64,000 bases of DNA from Bispira polyomma (taxonomy: Eukaryota). The position numbers and the translations under genes are program-made. Below are positions 13,433 to 24,995 of the stretch, in pieces (the first letter of the stretch is position 1; every line of letters starts with the position of its first letter). The notes under the pieces were generated by a model that worked only from the letters and a program-made list of their open reading frames with translations, was not told where the DNA came from and did no database searches. Where the stretch lies: NCBI GenBank assembly GCA_965649765.1, contig OZ287754.1, forward strand, positions 1,550,001 through 1,614,000. The letters run 5' to 3'.

Positions 13433-14589
13433 ACCATCACTGATTATAAAAGTTCATGCATGTCATGACAAAGATCATTTCAAGTTTAGACATATATCTA
13501 ATTTTTTTCATACAAATATATATTTTATAAAATTTTAAAGCCCAGAATCTGTCTTTTTTAAATGATTTTTCATTAAATTTAATGCAGTAGTCTCGAGATA
13601 TTTTATATGTAACAAATCCACATTTTCTTCACAATATGGAACTTGTTAATTTTACAAAATGTAGAAGATTTTTAAACGACTGTAGTTCAGTGACTCTATA
13701 ACCCACAAAGAAATAACTTATATAAATAAAAAATTTAAGTTTCAAATACATTTTTTATACTGTTTAAATTCAAATTACAAATTTCCAAAATTCAAAAATT
13801 AAATTTCAGAATTTTTTCAAATACTATCTAATATAATATATACCAACGTCTAACCCTTGGTCTATGGTTTCCAAATTTTTTTACCAAATTCAAATCGGAC
13901 CAGTGTTGACTGAGATATCCCCAAATACAGTACATGTGTAGCTTGGTACATCAGTAATGCACTTCGGCAATTTTAGGGCTAACGTTTTATAGCCAACAAA
14001 ATCTTGACGCATCGCCACAGCAACCATAATTACGTCGCATATCTCTATAGCAACTATAGTGACGCCAACATCACCATGACGACGCCACACTCACATACAC
14101 ATGCGCATATGATGTCACATCACCTAATCAGCACCTATATGGGAGTGTTTTACACATCTTATACTACTACTGTCTTTGAAGTTCATATTTCAGCAGTTGC
14201 TATTGATCAGTTTGTTTTAAATGAAGTTTCTGGCCGTGGTCATGTACAGTTAAAACCCTGGCTTTCCATTATTGTAGCCATGGGTATTTGCATCTGAACA
14301 TGTCTGTGTCGGAAAGCTGGCAGTACAGACTTGTTGAAGGCCAGTGATTTAAAAGTCTAGAAATCTTGGACAAGTAGTCCTTTGTTCTATTTTTCTCCAA
14401 CCAAATAAACTGTCTGTGACGATATAATGCGGCAAGTGATATTAACCCCAAGATAAGATTAGTACCAGGAATGAGAAATGAATAGGTTACAGATAGCTGG
14501 AGTCACTCGGGTTCTGGGTGTAACATATGTTGTTGGTTGCCAGTCAAATACATTGGGATCAAAAAGGTTGAATCCAATATAAATCTCTC

Positions 14590-17500
14590 AGTGCACGGGC
14601 CACCTTAGATAGGAGCAAAGGTGATATGAGAATGATATTTAAAACACAGTTGTAAGGCACTTTGGGCATTTATTATATCATCTAAGATCCAATCTTAATA
14701 GGTTACAACATACAACATTTACTACTAATGTACATGAGGTGGTGAGCTTATATATTAAGGTCACCTTACATCTAGATTTTATCTTTAACAGTAATTGACT
14801 TAAGGCCACCATAACTTATTACAAAATGTTTTAGGTTTACTAAAACAAGTTAATTTAAGGTTACCTTAACTTGAATACTTCTTTTGATCTTTAATCAAGT
14901 TTACTTAAGGTCACCATAAATTAGTGATAAGTTTTTACTAAAGTAAACATGGTGACTTAAGGCCACCTTAGTTTAAATACTGACTTTTAATTTTAAAGTG
15001 AATTTCAGATGAGCTTAACCAAGCTTTATGGTAAGGTTACCTTATTGTAATCTTTGAAATGTAACGGTAAAGTTCTATTTTCTACTACTACTGATGGCTT
15101 ATACTATACATTATAAAATATGGTGTGGACATATAGTATTTACAATGCCCAAACGCCATACTGGATGTTAATGTGGTATTATTTGTTGTAGAGACTTAGC
15201 TACAGATGCCGAAGCATTAGGGGTGGATTGCAGGTATGCCCATACCACTGAGGATCTCCATCCCCCATGAGCCATTATGGACTGGAGCTCTACATTATTA
15301 TCAAACACCAGTGTCACTCCTGAGCGTCTGAATGAATGAAACGTGAATGACTGTGGGTTAAGAGATAAAGATACAATTATTTCCCTAAAAACCTGTCTAA
15401 CCTTATATGCTGTTAGAGGCACTAATTTACCTTGTACTTTGTACATAAATACTGGCGAATCCATTTTGTTTTTATTAATTCTGAACATACTTTTAAGAGC
15501 TGCTACAGGACATAACAGAGAACGTCCTAGCTCCGGTAACTGTACTGCATGGAAATGATTGTACTTTTGTAAAGTTTTTGCCCACCGAAGTACAACATGT
15601 GCCCCAGGGGGAACCCATACAAAATCCTCACACGTCAAGTGCCTCTGAGGATTGAAATTACTAGCACTGGTTGGAACCAGGTTTGAGAGCCAAAAGAAAC
15701 AGAAAACGGCAGTTAAAAATAATGCCTTATAGATATATGCATGTGGGAATGCAGAAACATGATGCAGGATAGCTGTGAGAATAGGGATGGTGATTATCCC
15801 ATTAAATGTAGGAGCATAGGGGTGGAAAGTGAGAGAGACTTGAAAAATAACTTTATTTGAGGGTGAACAAAACCACTCACAGGATAATCCCATAGATGAA
15901 AGTAATATTTAATTGCTAAGAGGTAATTTTGAATGGATGGTGGTTTTAGCCCCTTCTTGCTTTGTTCTTACAGTCATGGCACTTTCTAGGCTAGTGTTGG
16001 CAGCCTCAGAAAGGAAATTTTGAATGTGTGAACCTGAAATTGTAATTAAAAAGCAGTATTTAATACAAAGTCTCCCGGGGTCACTTCCCACCATGTCTTT
16101 TGTATTACTTGCTCATGGACTTTTACATTTTTGTACCCTGGAATGAACATACGTGACAGGTAGTTGGCTTGCACATTCTTAACTCCAGCTATATGCACCA
16201 CATCGGTTTTATGTTATACCGTGCTGTTTCCAGCCAAATTGATCTTCCGAAACCAGGATCATGAAACCGACAGGAGTTAAGCCCTGAAACCACTGCCCCA
16301 TTTTCACACCATAATTTGACAATTTTGGAAACATGTACCCCATACCCGTAAGGCAACTAGTATGTTCCAAATTTCAAAGTGGACTATTCCAAATGTTTTA
16401 GGTTTGTTATCGGGAAGGGACGCAGCATAAACATTATCAGCCCACATGGCTCCAATTCCCAAAAGGGATGCATTAACAAACAACTAAAATACCGGTCCGT
16501 CTCTTTTTAATGCATTTCAACCACCCAATTGAATCTTCCTAAAAATTCATTGAACCAACTTAGGTCGGCCCTGAAATCCCTGGTGAGGATTGAGGAAAAG
16601 CCGCACAGGTACGACACACCGATGCACATACAGCAGCTTTACCAAAATTGACTGTAAGTCTCTTCTTGTACAATGAGTTTTACAACGTCTGGAATTGTAA
16701 GCGTACCTTTTTAGGCATTAACTAGAATGCCCATACACACACATTCATGAGCCTGGGGAAATACTTTTTTGGGGTTTATGGGCAACCCTAAGCTTTTAAT
16801 TAACCGATAAAAGTGATCAAAGGAATCTCTTGCTTTTTCAACCATTTCCACGGTGACAATGTCGTCGATACAATTCCATATTTGGTATTGTTTGTTTTTC
16901 ATTAGTTGTCTAATTCTGTCTCTGACTCGTTCACACATGGCTGTGCCGTGTTTATACCCCATCATGACCGCCAAATCAATGTAGGTGTTATTTCTTCATT
17001 TTAGCCCTGTGTATTTATAATCGCTCGAGTCTATACGCAGGTTGCAAAACGCACTCGAAAGGTCCAGCTTATACAGTTTCGCAGTGGGGCCTATCTCGTT
17101 AATGCGACTGACTAACATGTCAACAGTGTGAGGGTAAGAATGAATTCTTGGCCATCATAAATGCCATCTGTAACTACACTATTTAGTGAGGTAGCATCAT
17201 GGGGCTATGAGAGGTCAACTTTGGGACGAGTCATGACTGGTGAACAGTGTAATTGCCTATAGGGTTTTTCTTGAAATGGACCCGCGATTGCTTTATGCAA
17301 CCACTCCGTAATGAAATATTTGTCAACACTTTATGGGAATTGCTCAGCACCATCATAATTTTTAACGTCACTGTTAAATATAAAGCCATCAGCCTTCATG
17401 TCTAAGGGGAAGCCGAATTCCAGATACTCAGGTAACAAAATATCCCCATCCCTTTCAAAACTTGCTGCTATGCTTCTATATTTAGTTCAGAGGGAACAGG

Positions 17501-18240
17501 CACGCATGCGCCTAAGTAATTAGGGCACCCCTTCCTAGTGACTGTATCATGCGCTACCATGGCCTGTTGTTCTAACGAATCAAATTGCAAAGTTCTTCTT
17601 GAGGCTGGGATTCCCCCCACAACATTATAAATGCAATTGAAACCAAATGTTTTACTTAACTTTCAGGAAACTTGTTTTTATTGTCATATGAGTGGTTTGA
17701 TATGGTAATTTCCACCAAGGCCAAATTGCCAATTAGGGGTTCACCCTGAATGATTGCTTTGTTTTTGACTCTGCGTGAGTGACCCTTTGTGGGTGTATCA
17801 CATTGATTAGAAGATTTTTGAGGGGGGAAAGCCCTCACACCTTTGTCTCTTTCAGAGACCAGTTCTTTTATCTCATCCCCCCCCTCCCCCCTGTACAGGG
17901 GGGGAGGACATGCCACTTCTACTATCAACACCTCGCTCTAACTCGCAAACACCCATTATGCAGTTTAGTTTTCCCACATTCAATGGTGCTATAAGTAGAC
18001 ATGGATTGCTAGTAACTTTTAGCAAGAACTCCGCTTTACACAAATTAGCATTGATCTTCCCGCCTTTACCTTTAAAAGGCTGGAAGGCCGCTGCCCCCAC
18101 TTTACATATTTCATTTATTATTTTAATATTTTTACCCTGCTTTTTACAAACACTGTGCTTGGCGAGCATGGGTTTTAACACATCACAACTTTTACGTTTT
18201 ATAAGACTATATGAAGCAGCACTCTCTCCAGTAAACACTT
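14590..18240 (-). mobile_element. Tyrosine-recombinase retrotransposon (DIRS/Ngaro-like) copy A, decayed
   Basis: RT relic (GYKHGTAMCERV, NCIDDI, LGLPINPKK), RNase H-like region, then tyrosine recombinase; boundaries approximate. Confidence 0.85.
15168..15893 (-). pseudogene. Tyrosine recombinase of element A
   Basis: FTFHSFRRSG and HGGWRSSVVWAY present; first catalytic Arg appears as W (FFWLSNL versus FLRISNL in copy C). Confidence 0.88.
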
Positions 18241-18509
18241 AATGATCCCAATTGTCAGAAAACATAGGGTCTCATACTAAGATTTTGTACCACAGAGCTT
18301 ATTGTAGAATAACCCATTACTGGAGAACACAGAGGGGTGACAGAAATACGTTATTTTATTTTCTTTAAGGTTACTCCTAGCACTGACACAAAGTGCTGCA
18401 TATCTTCTAAACAAAGATAGTCTTTTCACCTCAACCACAGACACACTGTATTATTTATTGATATGTGGTTCCATACAAAATGCTGAAGGCCTGCTCTGGA
18501 TATAGTTCT

Positions 18510-18652
18510 GGGCCCGTATTCACAAATGTTTTAGTCTTAACTCACTCTTAAGCATAACATGTGTGTCTCTGATATTTAAAAAGGCCAAAAACTAAACTAT
18601 TAAGTTTAAGACTAAGTTAAGACCAAAACCTTTTTGTGAATCTGATGCACCT
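18510..18652. mobile_element. Short MITE
   Basis: GGGCCCGTATTCACAAA...gtcttaact / agttaagac...TTTGTGAAT imperfect inverted ends. Confidence 0.55.
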
Positions 18653-19269
18653 GGTTTTTTCAGACAGTTTTTGTCAACCCAAGCAAAAGTACCACAGCTG
18701 GTTCTGTGTAATGCCTTCATTTATGAAACACATCCGTTGTCGCCAGACTGTTTTAGTAGATTTATGTCAATAACAAACTCAATCTACTCCAGCAGATAAC
18801 ATTTTACTGCTCTGAGAACCCCAATCTAAAAGTTAAATATAGAAGAAAAACTGCATTACTTTAGTCTTTTATTTCAAGATTTGTTGATTTTTATAGATTA
18901 TTAAATTATAATATTAAACTAGTATCTTTTCAGGTGTTTTTTTCTCCATTAGTTATATAATTGACGATTCTTCACAATCAAAATGGTGATAAACATTTTA
19001 ATATTGATTTTAGTTTAATCATTTGATTTAGTCTAATAATTGTGCTTTTGTTGTTTGTGTTTGTATGAAATCTCCTTGTTTGCATCTAACCATGTGACAA
19101 AATCAAATTAATTATACCAATACATATTTCATCAAAAGATAGTCAAAACCTCCCTAAAATCCACCAGTAAATATGCAATTTAGAATAGTCCAACAGAAGA
19201 AAGTGTTCATGATTAGAGTTCACTCATAACCAGGAAACGAAAGTTAAGGCGGAAAAGTGAGTTGATACA

Positions 19270-19500
19270 GATGTGTTTTGAGGGTTTTTTGGGAAAGCCT
19301 GTAAGCCTTGCCTCAGTATGAAGACTGACAGGGAGACTATTCCATTCAGCAGATGCTGCAACAATTGATTTTGAACGTGCTAGTTTTTTTGGTAAAATGT
19401 CACAGTTGGAGACAATCTTCTCTGGGAAGATTGTGGAGAGATAACATAACTGATAAAAAGGCTGCCTTAAAAATGAGAACATTTACTTTGAGTTTTAAAC
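19270..19500 (-). mobile_element. L2/CR1 LINE ORF2 C-terminus relic
   Basis: QPFYQLCYL...RSKSIVAASAEWNSLPVSL resembles the ORF2 terminal WNSLP motif. Confidence 0.55.
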
Positions 19501-21229
19501 AGAACTCAAACAGTAGCTGGTGCAGTTTTAAGTAAAGGAGTTCTGCATGAAAGGAGATTCACGTGACATGTAATTGTGCATAGACCTTTCGGTAGAGATA
19601 AGTTTGTTTATTTGCCCCTGTCCAATGCAGCTACAGGCAATCAATTACATACATTTGATGCTCAGAATATTTTCCACACCATTTCTTTTCTCCATCATCA
19701 AATTTTAAGTGTCATAAACATGAATTGTGTTTCCTAGTAGTAAAAAACATAATTCACTCGAATCTTATTATTACTGTTTTCATTTTACCTCTAAGCATGG
19801 CAAAGTAAAATTACTTTTCCAAATAGCAAAATAGTTCCAAATATACTTGATTTGTTCAGTTCATGAAAAACACTGTACATATATTGATAGCAGTGTTGTA
19901 TTGGATGCTCAGTGTATTATAAAACGGGATTTCTGTCATAAAAATCTTAAAATCTTCTGAAGGTAAAATGGTAGCAATTGCACAATTAAAACTAATTATT
20001 CATTTATTCATTTCACCTCTAAAACTAGTCATGGTAAAATGCCTTTTGCAAATAACCAAATTCCAAAATAGCTTCATTTTTGTTTTTCTAGATTAGACTC
20101 AAACTGACAGTATATTTCAGTTAATTGTGTATTCATCTCATGTAGACCAAAATGGATTTTGTAGTAACAGCTAAATGGACCACAAAAAGGATATTAATAG
20201 CTTCAGAAAGTGTTAGCATAGACAGTACTGTTCACTGGGGGAGATACACTCGAGGAAATTGTCTGAATAGTAATATCAAATGCAAATGGGTCATTACTCT
20301 GTCTCACATCGGTGTCAGAGGTGTCATTTATTTAAGATAATTGTGTCAGTATTTATCTTCACATTTTTGGAACTCAATTGTATACCTTATCTAACTATAT
20401 TTTTATACTGATCTATCAACCTTTAATATGTAATTCAAAGTGCTGATTAACATTTTCTCTTGACCACACAAATACAGCCAACCAGCACCAGTACCTGTCT
20501 TTCATCCTTTCACTGACGGTGACTATAGGAAGCATGTTATTTATCAATATCCACAAGGATATTTAGCCTGGCCACTTGAAAAAGGTTCTAATGCCAGAGA
20601 ACAGACATTAATTTGTGTTCCAAGCCACCAACTGCATGTATCTGCCTGTCTTTGGCATGCCGAGCTGATATCAAACAAATGTGTTCTTTGTTTATAAGTG
20701 AGTGACATCTAAGCTTTTGGCATATGTCACATTTGGTGGAATGAACTGTTACCAGCAGTGCAACCAATCTATTGCATATACAACTTGGAAATCACCACTT
20801 TCTCTTGGTTGTATGCTAATCTATATGATGACGATGTTAGCTACCCTCAATGTTATGAAATTTGCAAATAATTAGTATCATGTTGATTTCTCATAGTGTA
20901 GGTGTTGTTAAGTCAACATAGCTCAGTTGAAACAAAAAATTAGTTTCGCTAGCCTAGAATTTGTATAAGAATTAAATAACTTTGGCCTTAATACAGTTTT
21001 GTCACAAGACTGTCAAAACAAGTCTAAAAATAGTTTCAAGCAGCTCAGCCTGTCTACAGCTCAGCCATGTGGTGGGAATGTGGGTCCAAAATGTTGGGGT
21101 TCAAAATTGCTAAACTAGAAAGTAGTCAGTGTGAAGGTAGCAAGCAAAGGAGAAACATCTCTTTTTCCCCTCCAACCCATAATGTACCAAATTGATGAGT
21201 TGTATTAATAAACTATTATGGTGTCTTTT

Positions 21230-21342
21230 ATACGGAAGAGTATAAGGGCCAACCTTTTTTTTTTTTTTTTTTGGAATTGCCGAGATAATATCTCGATAAA
21301 TCGAGATAATTTAAAAAAAAAATTTGAATTGTCGAGATAATT
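21230..21342 (+). mobile_element. MITE left arm
   Basis: TACGGAAGAGTATAAGGGCCAACC-T(n)-GAATTGCCGAGATAATATCTCGATAAATCGAGATAAT; inverted match to 24775-24995. Confidence 0.75.
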
Positions 21343-21349
21343 AAGAAGA

Positions 21350-22027
21350 TTTAAGAAGACCACCAAACCAGTGACAGACAACCCTGTCATGGTAACTCAG
21401 TACAACCCAAATAACCCCAACATCAGGGAAATAATCAACAAAAACTGGAAATTCATCCAGAATACTGATGGCCTTGCCAATATCTTCACTAAACCTCCCA
21501 TAATAGGTTACAGGAGATTACCAAACCTCAGGGACCAATTATCAAGTTCTAAGATTTGCTACCCCCCAGTAAATAGTACAACTATTAAAACTATACCCAA
21601 AGTTTGTACAAGACTTGGAAAATGTACTTATTGTCCAAGTGGATTATATCAGCCACCACACTAATAAGCAGTTCAAATGCATATCTATTCCACCTAATCC
21701 CAGACTAACTTGTGAACTCAAGAATGTCATTTATGTAATCACATGCAAAAAATGTGGATTACAGTACATAGGGGAGACTAAAAGACCCCTTAGAAACAGA
21801 ATGTATGAACATAGAGCAAGTGTCACTAAACCTGGTCAGAATAAACTGACCCCAGTGTCCAGACATTACAGTACTAACATACTGTCAGTGACATGGAGTT
21901 TAGTGTACTGCAATGGCTAGGCCACACAGAAGACCCAAATCGTACACATAATCGCAAACGACAGGAAATGTACTATATTTGGGCCTTCCCTACTATTGCA
22001 CCAACAGGCATTAACCTACATGTTTAG
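21350..22027 (+). mobile_element. Penelope-like element, 5'-truncated: linker plus GIY-YIG endonuclease
   Basis: PIIGYRRLPNLRDQL, CTRLGKCTYC, LTCELKNVIYVITCKKCGLQYIGETKRPLRNRMYEHR, EMYYIWAFPTIAPTGIN; two frameshifts. Confidence 0.92.
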
Positions 22028-22134
22028 ATTACAGCCCTCTACTGTATTAGTTGATACCCCTAATACCCCCTACATATTTATCTATATATTGGGCTGACTC
22101 TAAACAAAGTGTCTTAAATACATATCTATGTCAG

Positions 22135-22230
22135 TAATGACGCCATACACACATCATAAACGACTTACGTCATATATTACGTCACTATAAGATCGTTACC
22201 ACCTTCCAAGGTGAACTGGAAACGTCATAA
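22135..22230 (+). promoter_or_regulatory. Putative promoter: CRE/ATF-like cluster plus TATA-like box
   Basis: TTACGTCA at 22165 and 22177, TGACG at about 22138, ACGTCA at about 22222, TATAA at 22186, all in CpG-poor DNA. Confidence 0.4.
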
Positions 22231-22326
22231 CATTACCAGGTGATTGTTTTTACCTAGTCAACCTAGGCTGATTTGAAAATTCATTACTTAGTTGGATTCA
22301 CAGAGTGAACACCTATCTTAAACAAA

Positions 22327-23268
22327 ATGAAGAACTGTACTTGGTTTTCCTGTGCTATTTGTCATAAGACATACTCTAGAAGAGCTAGTTTGAGGAGACA
22401 CACAAAAGTTGTACATTTACACCAGACATTTAAATGTAACCTGTGTGATAAAAAATTTAAAAGGAGTGACTATTTAATTAAGCACCAGAAAGCCCACCAT
22501 CAAATGGGTTGTGATGATTTCAGACAACTTCTGGATTGTGTAGACAATGAAATCAGCTCACCAGAGGAATTACCTAATTTTTCCCTGGATCAGTTCCTGG
22601 ATCACAGCCCAGATATTACTATACAGGCATCCCCATCAGGATATTCTCTGTCCTCAAGTCTTCTTGCACCTGGTTGCACTTATGAAGCTCCTACCTCCTA
22701 CCCACCTTTGGTAACCTCTGACACTATCAGCTGCCTTACCACAGTCAACATATGTACACAAACTGATGTAGTCTGTATCAAAAGGAATGCTACAGTTACT
22801 CATTCAGGCGTTAACACCCCCTTTGTGAGGACCCGGGAAGCCAGCTGCCAGACTGACAACCCCACCTGTGACAGTGCCACTAACACTGACATGATGATTC
22901 TGGAAGATAACAGAATAGCACTGAACAACAGCTGGGACACCACCCCCACCTCAGCACCTAGGACTCCAACCATTGACAGCTATTTCACCTCCTCATCAGG
23001 ATCTGATGGATCATTCATTGAGGCTTGCAACATACTGATCAGCTCCTCACCACCACTTACTCCGGACTCTGAGTCAGTGGCATCCCCACCATCTGTTACC
23101 ACCAATACCACCAAGGTACACCAGTCTGAGGACCCACTACAGTCCCCCCAGTTTGATTATCTCTCAGAATCCTTCCATGAAATTCTCATGAACTTATCCC
23201 CACCAGATGATATCATGGCCAGTATTAGCAACAGCAACTTTGACAGCCTCCTGGATATCAGTTATTAA
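22327..23268 (+). CDS. Intronless protein with two C2H2 zinc fingers and an S/T/P-rich acidic tail (313 aa)
   Basis: CAIC-x12-HTKVVH and CNLC-x12-HQKAH; longest ORF in the window; AAAATG start context; AATAAA right after the stop. Confidence 0.8.
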   Translation: MKNCTWFSCAICHKTYSRRASLRRHTKVVHLHQTFKCNLCDKKFKRSDYLIKHQKAHHQMGCDDFRQLLDCVDNEISSPEELPNFSLDQFLDHSPDITIQASPSGYSLSSSLLAPGCTYEAPTSYPPLVTSDTISCLTTVNICTQTDVVCIKRNATVTHSGVNTPFVRTREASCQTDNPTCDSATNTDMMILEDNRIALNNSWDTTPTSAPRTPTIDSYFTSSSGSDGSFIEACNILISSSPPLTPDSESVASPPSVTTNTTKVHQSEDPLQSPQFDYLSESFHEILMNLSPPDDIMASISNSNFDSLLDISY

Positions 23269-24317
23269 AATAAATAACTCACCAGGATATTCATTTATTT
23301 TCTTCATCCAGTGGTGTAAGTTTGTTTTATTTATATATATATATAATTTAAAAATATTCTTGCAATATCAACAAAATGACATTACTTTATAATATATTTG
23401 CTTTAATATTATTATCCGTTTTAATTATCAGAATTAGATAATTATCCGGGATAGAGAAATCTCTGATTTCTTCACATTTTAAGTTTTATAAACATTAATT
23501 ATAAACTAATTAAAAAATGCATTAAGTATTTTTATGTGTTTTTCTGGCCCCCTGATGTGTATCAACCCACACATTACTCACCTATAGTCCTAATTCTCAA
23601 TAGGTTTTTTTAAGATATGATTCAGTTTATCATTATTCACACCGTACAACCCATAATTGGTAAAAGTACATACAGTACATACACAAATTTTGAGTACATT
23701 TTTTTGATATATCTAGAATTATACCTTCTAGCTTGACCCACTTATCCACCAAAATAAGTGTAATCACATGTACCTAATAATGGATTCTTTTGCCTCCTTA
23801 TCCAAGTATAAGAAGGTGTGATCTCATGGTAAAATCTAACATAAAACCAGATTATAACTGCAACCCATGGGGCTACCATGTAATGCTCATCATGGATTTT
23901 CTGACCTGGCCACCACCCCCTGTCACTTGCACCCACATAGCTTTACCCACTAGATAGAGTATGGTATTATATCTGACTTAATTGATTTACCTGGACTGTG
24001 CTCACCAGCATCTGTTTACCATTTCAACACACCCAACCCACATAAGTCATTATGAGGGCTATACGTTTGAATGCAATATGAGTGTTGCCATGGAAACAGA
24101 CCTATTTTGTACATAACCATTAATCATCATGACACTCAAAAGGTCAACCCTTAAACAGAAAAAAAAATTTTTCTAGTTTTTTCCAATGAAATAAACCCTG
24201 CACCACCTGGCACCTACCGCACCGCCTAGCACCTTCTGCAGCTCTGCACCTATATGGGTGGTGCCCAACGGTGTAGGTTTTTGTACCTAATGGGCAAAAA
24301 TCCTAAATATCACATCA

Positions 24318-24374
24318 GCCTCTGAAGAGACCTTTGACCAATACCTCAAGTCGAAATATATACAACATAAGGGC
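24318..24374 (+). ncRNA. Hammerhead ribozyme-like motif (Penelope type I, possibly degenerate)
   Basis: gcct-CTGAAGA-GAC..ttga..tcaa..GTC-GAAA-TATATA...agggc: core boxes, stem II and a palindromic minimal stem III; stem I register imperfect. Confidence 0.55.
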
Positions 24375-24489
24375 AATTTGACTATTAACAAATTTCTCTC
24401 ACACCAAGTATTAACTCTGTTAAAATTGTAATTAATAGAAAAAATGACAAATACTGACCAATTTTGTTGAAATTGACTTTTGTTAAAAG

Positions 24490-24708
24490 CCTGATTACCT
24501 ACTTTTGACCCTATGACTGTTTGCTGATTAACTACTTTTGACCTCTATGACTGTTTGTGTCTAGCTCTAATTAACTACTTTTGACATCTATGACTGTTTG
24601 TGTCTTGCTCTAATTAACTACTTTTGACCCCATGACTGTTTGCTGATTAACTACTTTTGATCTCTGTGACTGTTTGCTGATTAATTTTGACCCGATGACT
24701 GTTTGTGC
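24490..24708. repeat. Minisatellite, about 6 copies of 30-45 bp
   Basis: attaactacttttgacc(t)ctatgactgtttg recurring. Confidence 0.9.
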
Positions 24709-24774
24709 CCTTTTCCATGTTAGCTGTTCAGTTGGCCACTCGCACACCTGCCTTCTCCATGGTAGACAATTAAT

Positions 24775-24995
24775 ATGGTGACAATTAAAAAAAAATCCTT
24801 TTAATTATCCCGATATATCGAGATATTATCTCGACAATTAAAAAAAAAAAAAAAAAAAAATTTCTAAATTATCTCGATTTATCGAGATATTATCTTGACA
24901 ATTCAAAAAAAAAAAAAAAAAAATAAAATTTCTAAATTATTTTGATTTATCAAGATATTATCTTGACAATTCAAAAAAAAAAAGGGTTGCCCTTT
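24775..24995 (-). mobile_element. MITE right arm (3 internal repeats)
   Basis: ATTATCTCGATTTATCGAGATATTATCTYGACAATT-A(n) x3, ending GGGTTGCCCTT. Confidence 0.75.

Larger units (their letters stand above)
9933..14168 (+). mobile_element. Polinton/Maverick (adintovirus-like), internally deleted, non-autonomous
   Basis: Termini AGTAGTATAGGATGCGTAAAACAC... and ...GTGTTTTACACATCTTATACTACT are inverted repeats. ACTGTC flanks both sides (9927-9932, 14169-14174). Integrase, capsid and protease relics lie inside. Confidence 0.93.

Noticed and set aside
13223-13538. His/Thr/Pro-rich ORFs
   Set aside because: Translations of a minisatellite.
15168-15893. Phage integrase or bacterial contamination
   Set aside because: It lies downstream of RT/RNase H relics in DIRS-like order, amid eukaryotic SINEs and LINEs.
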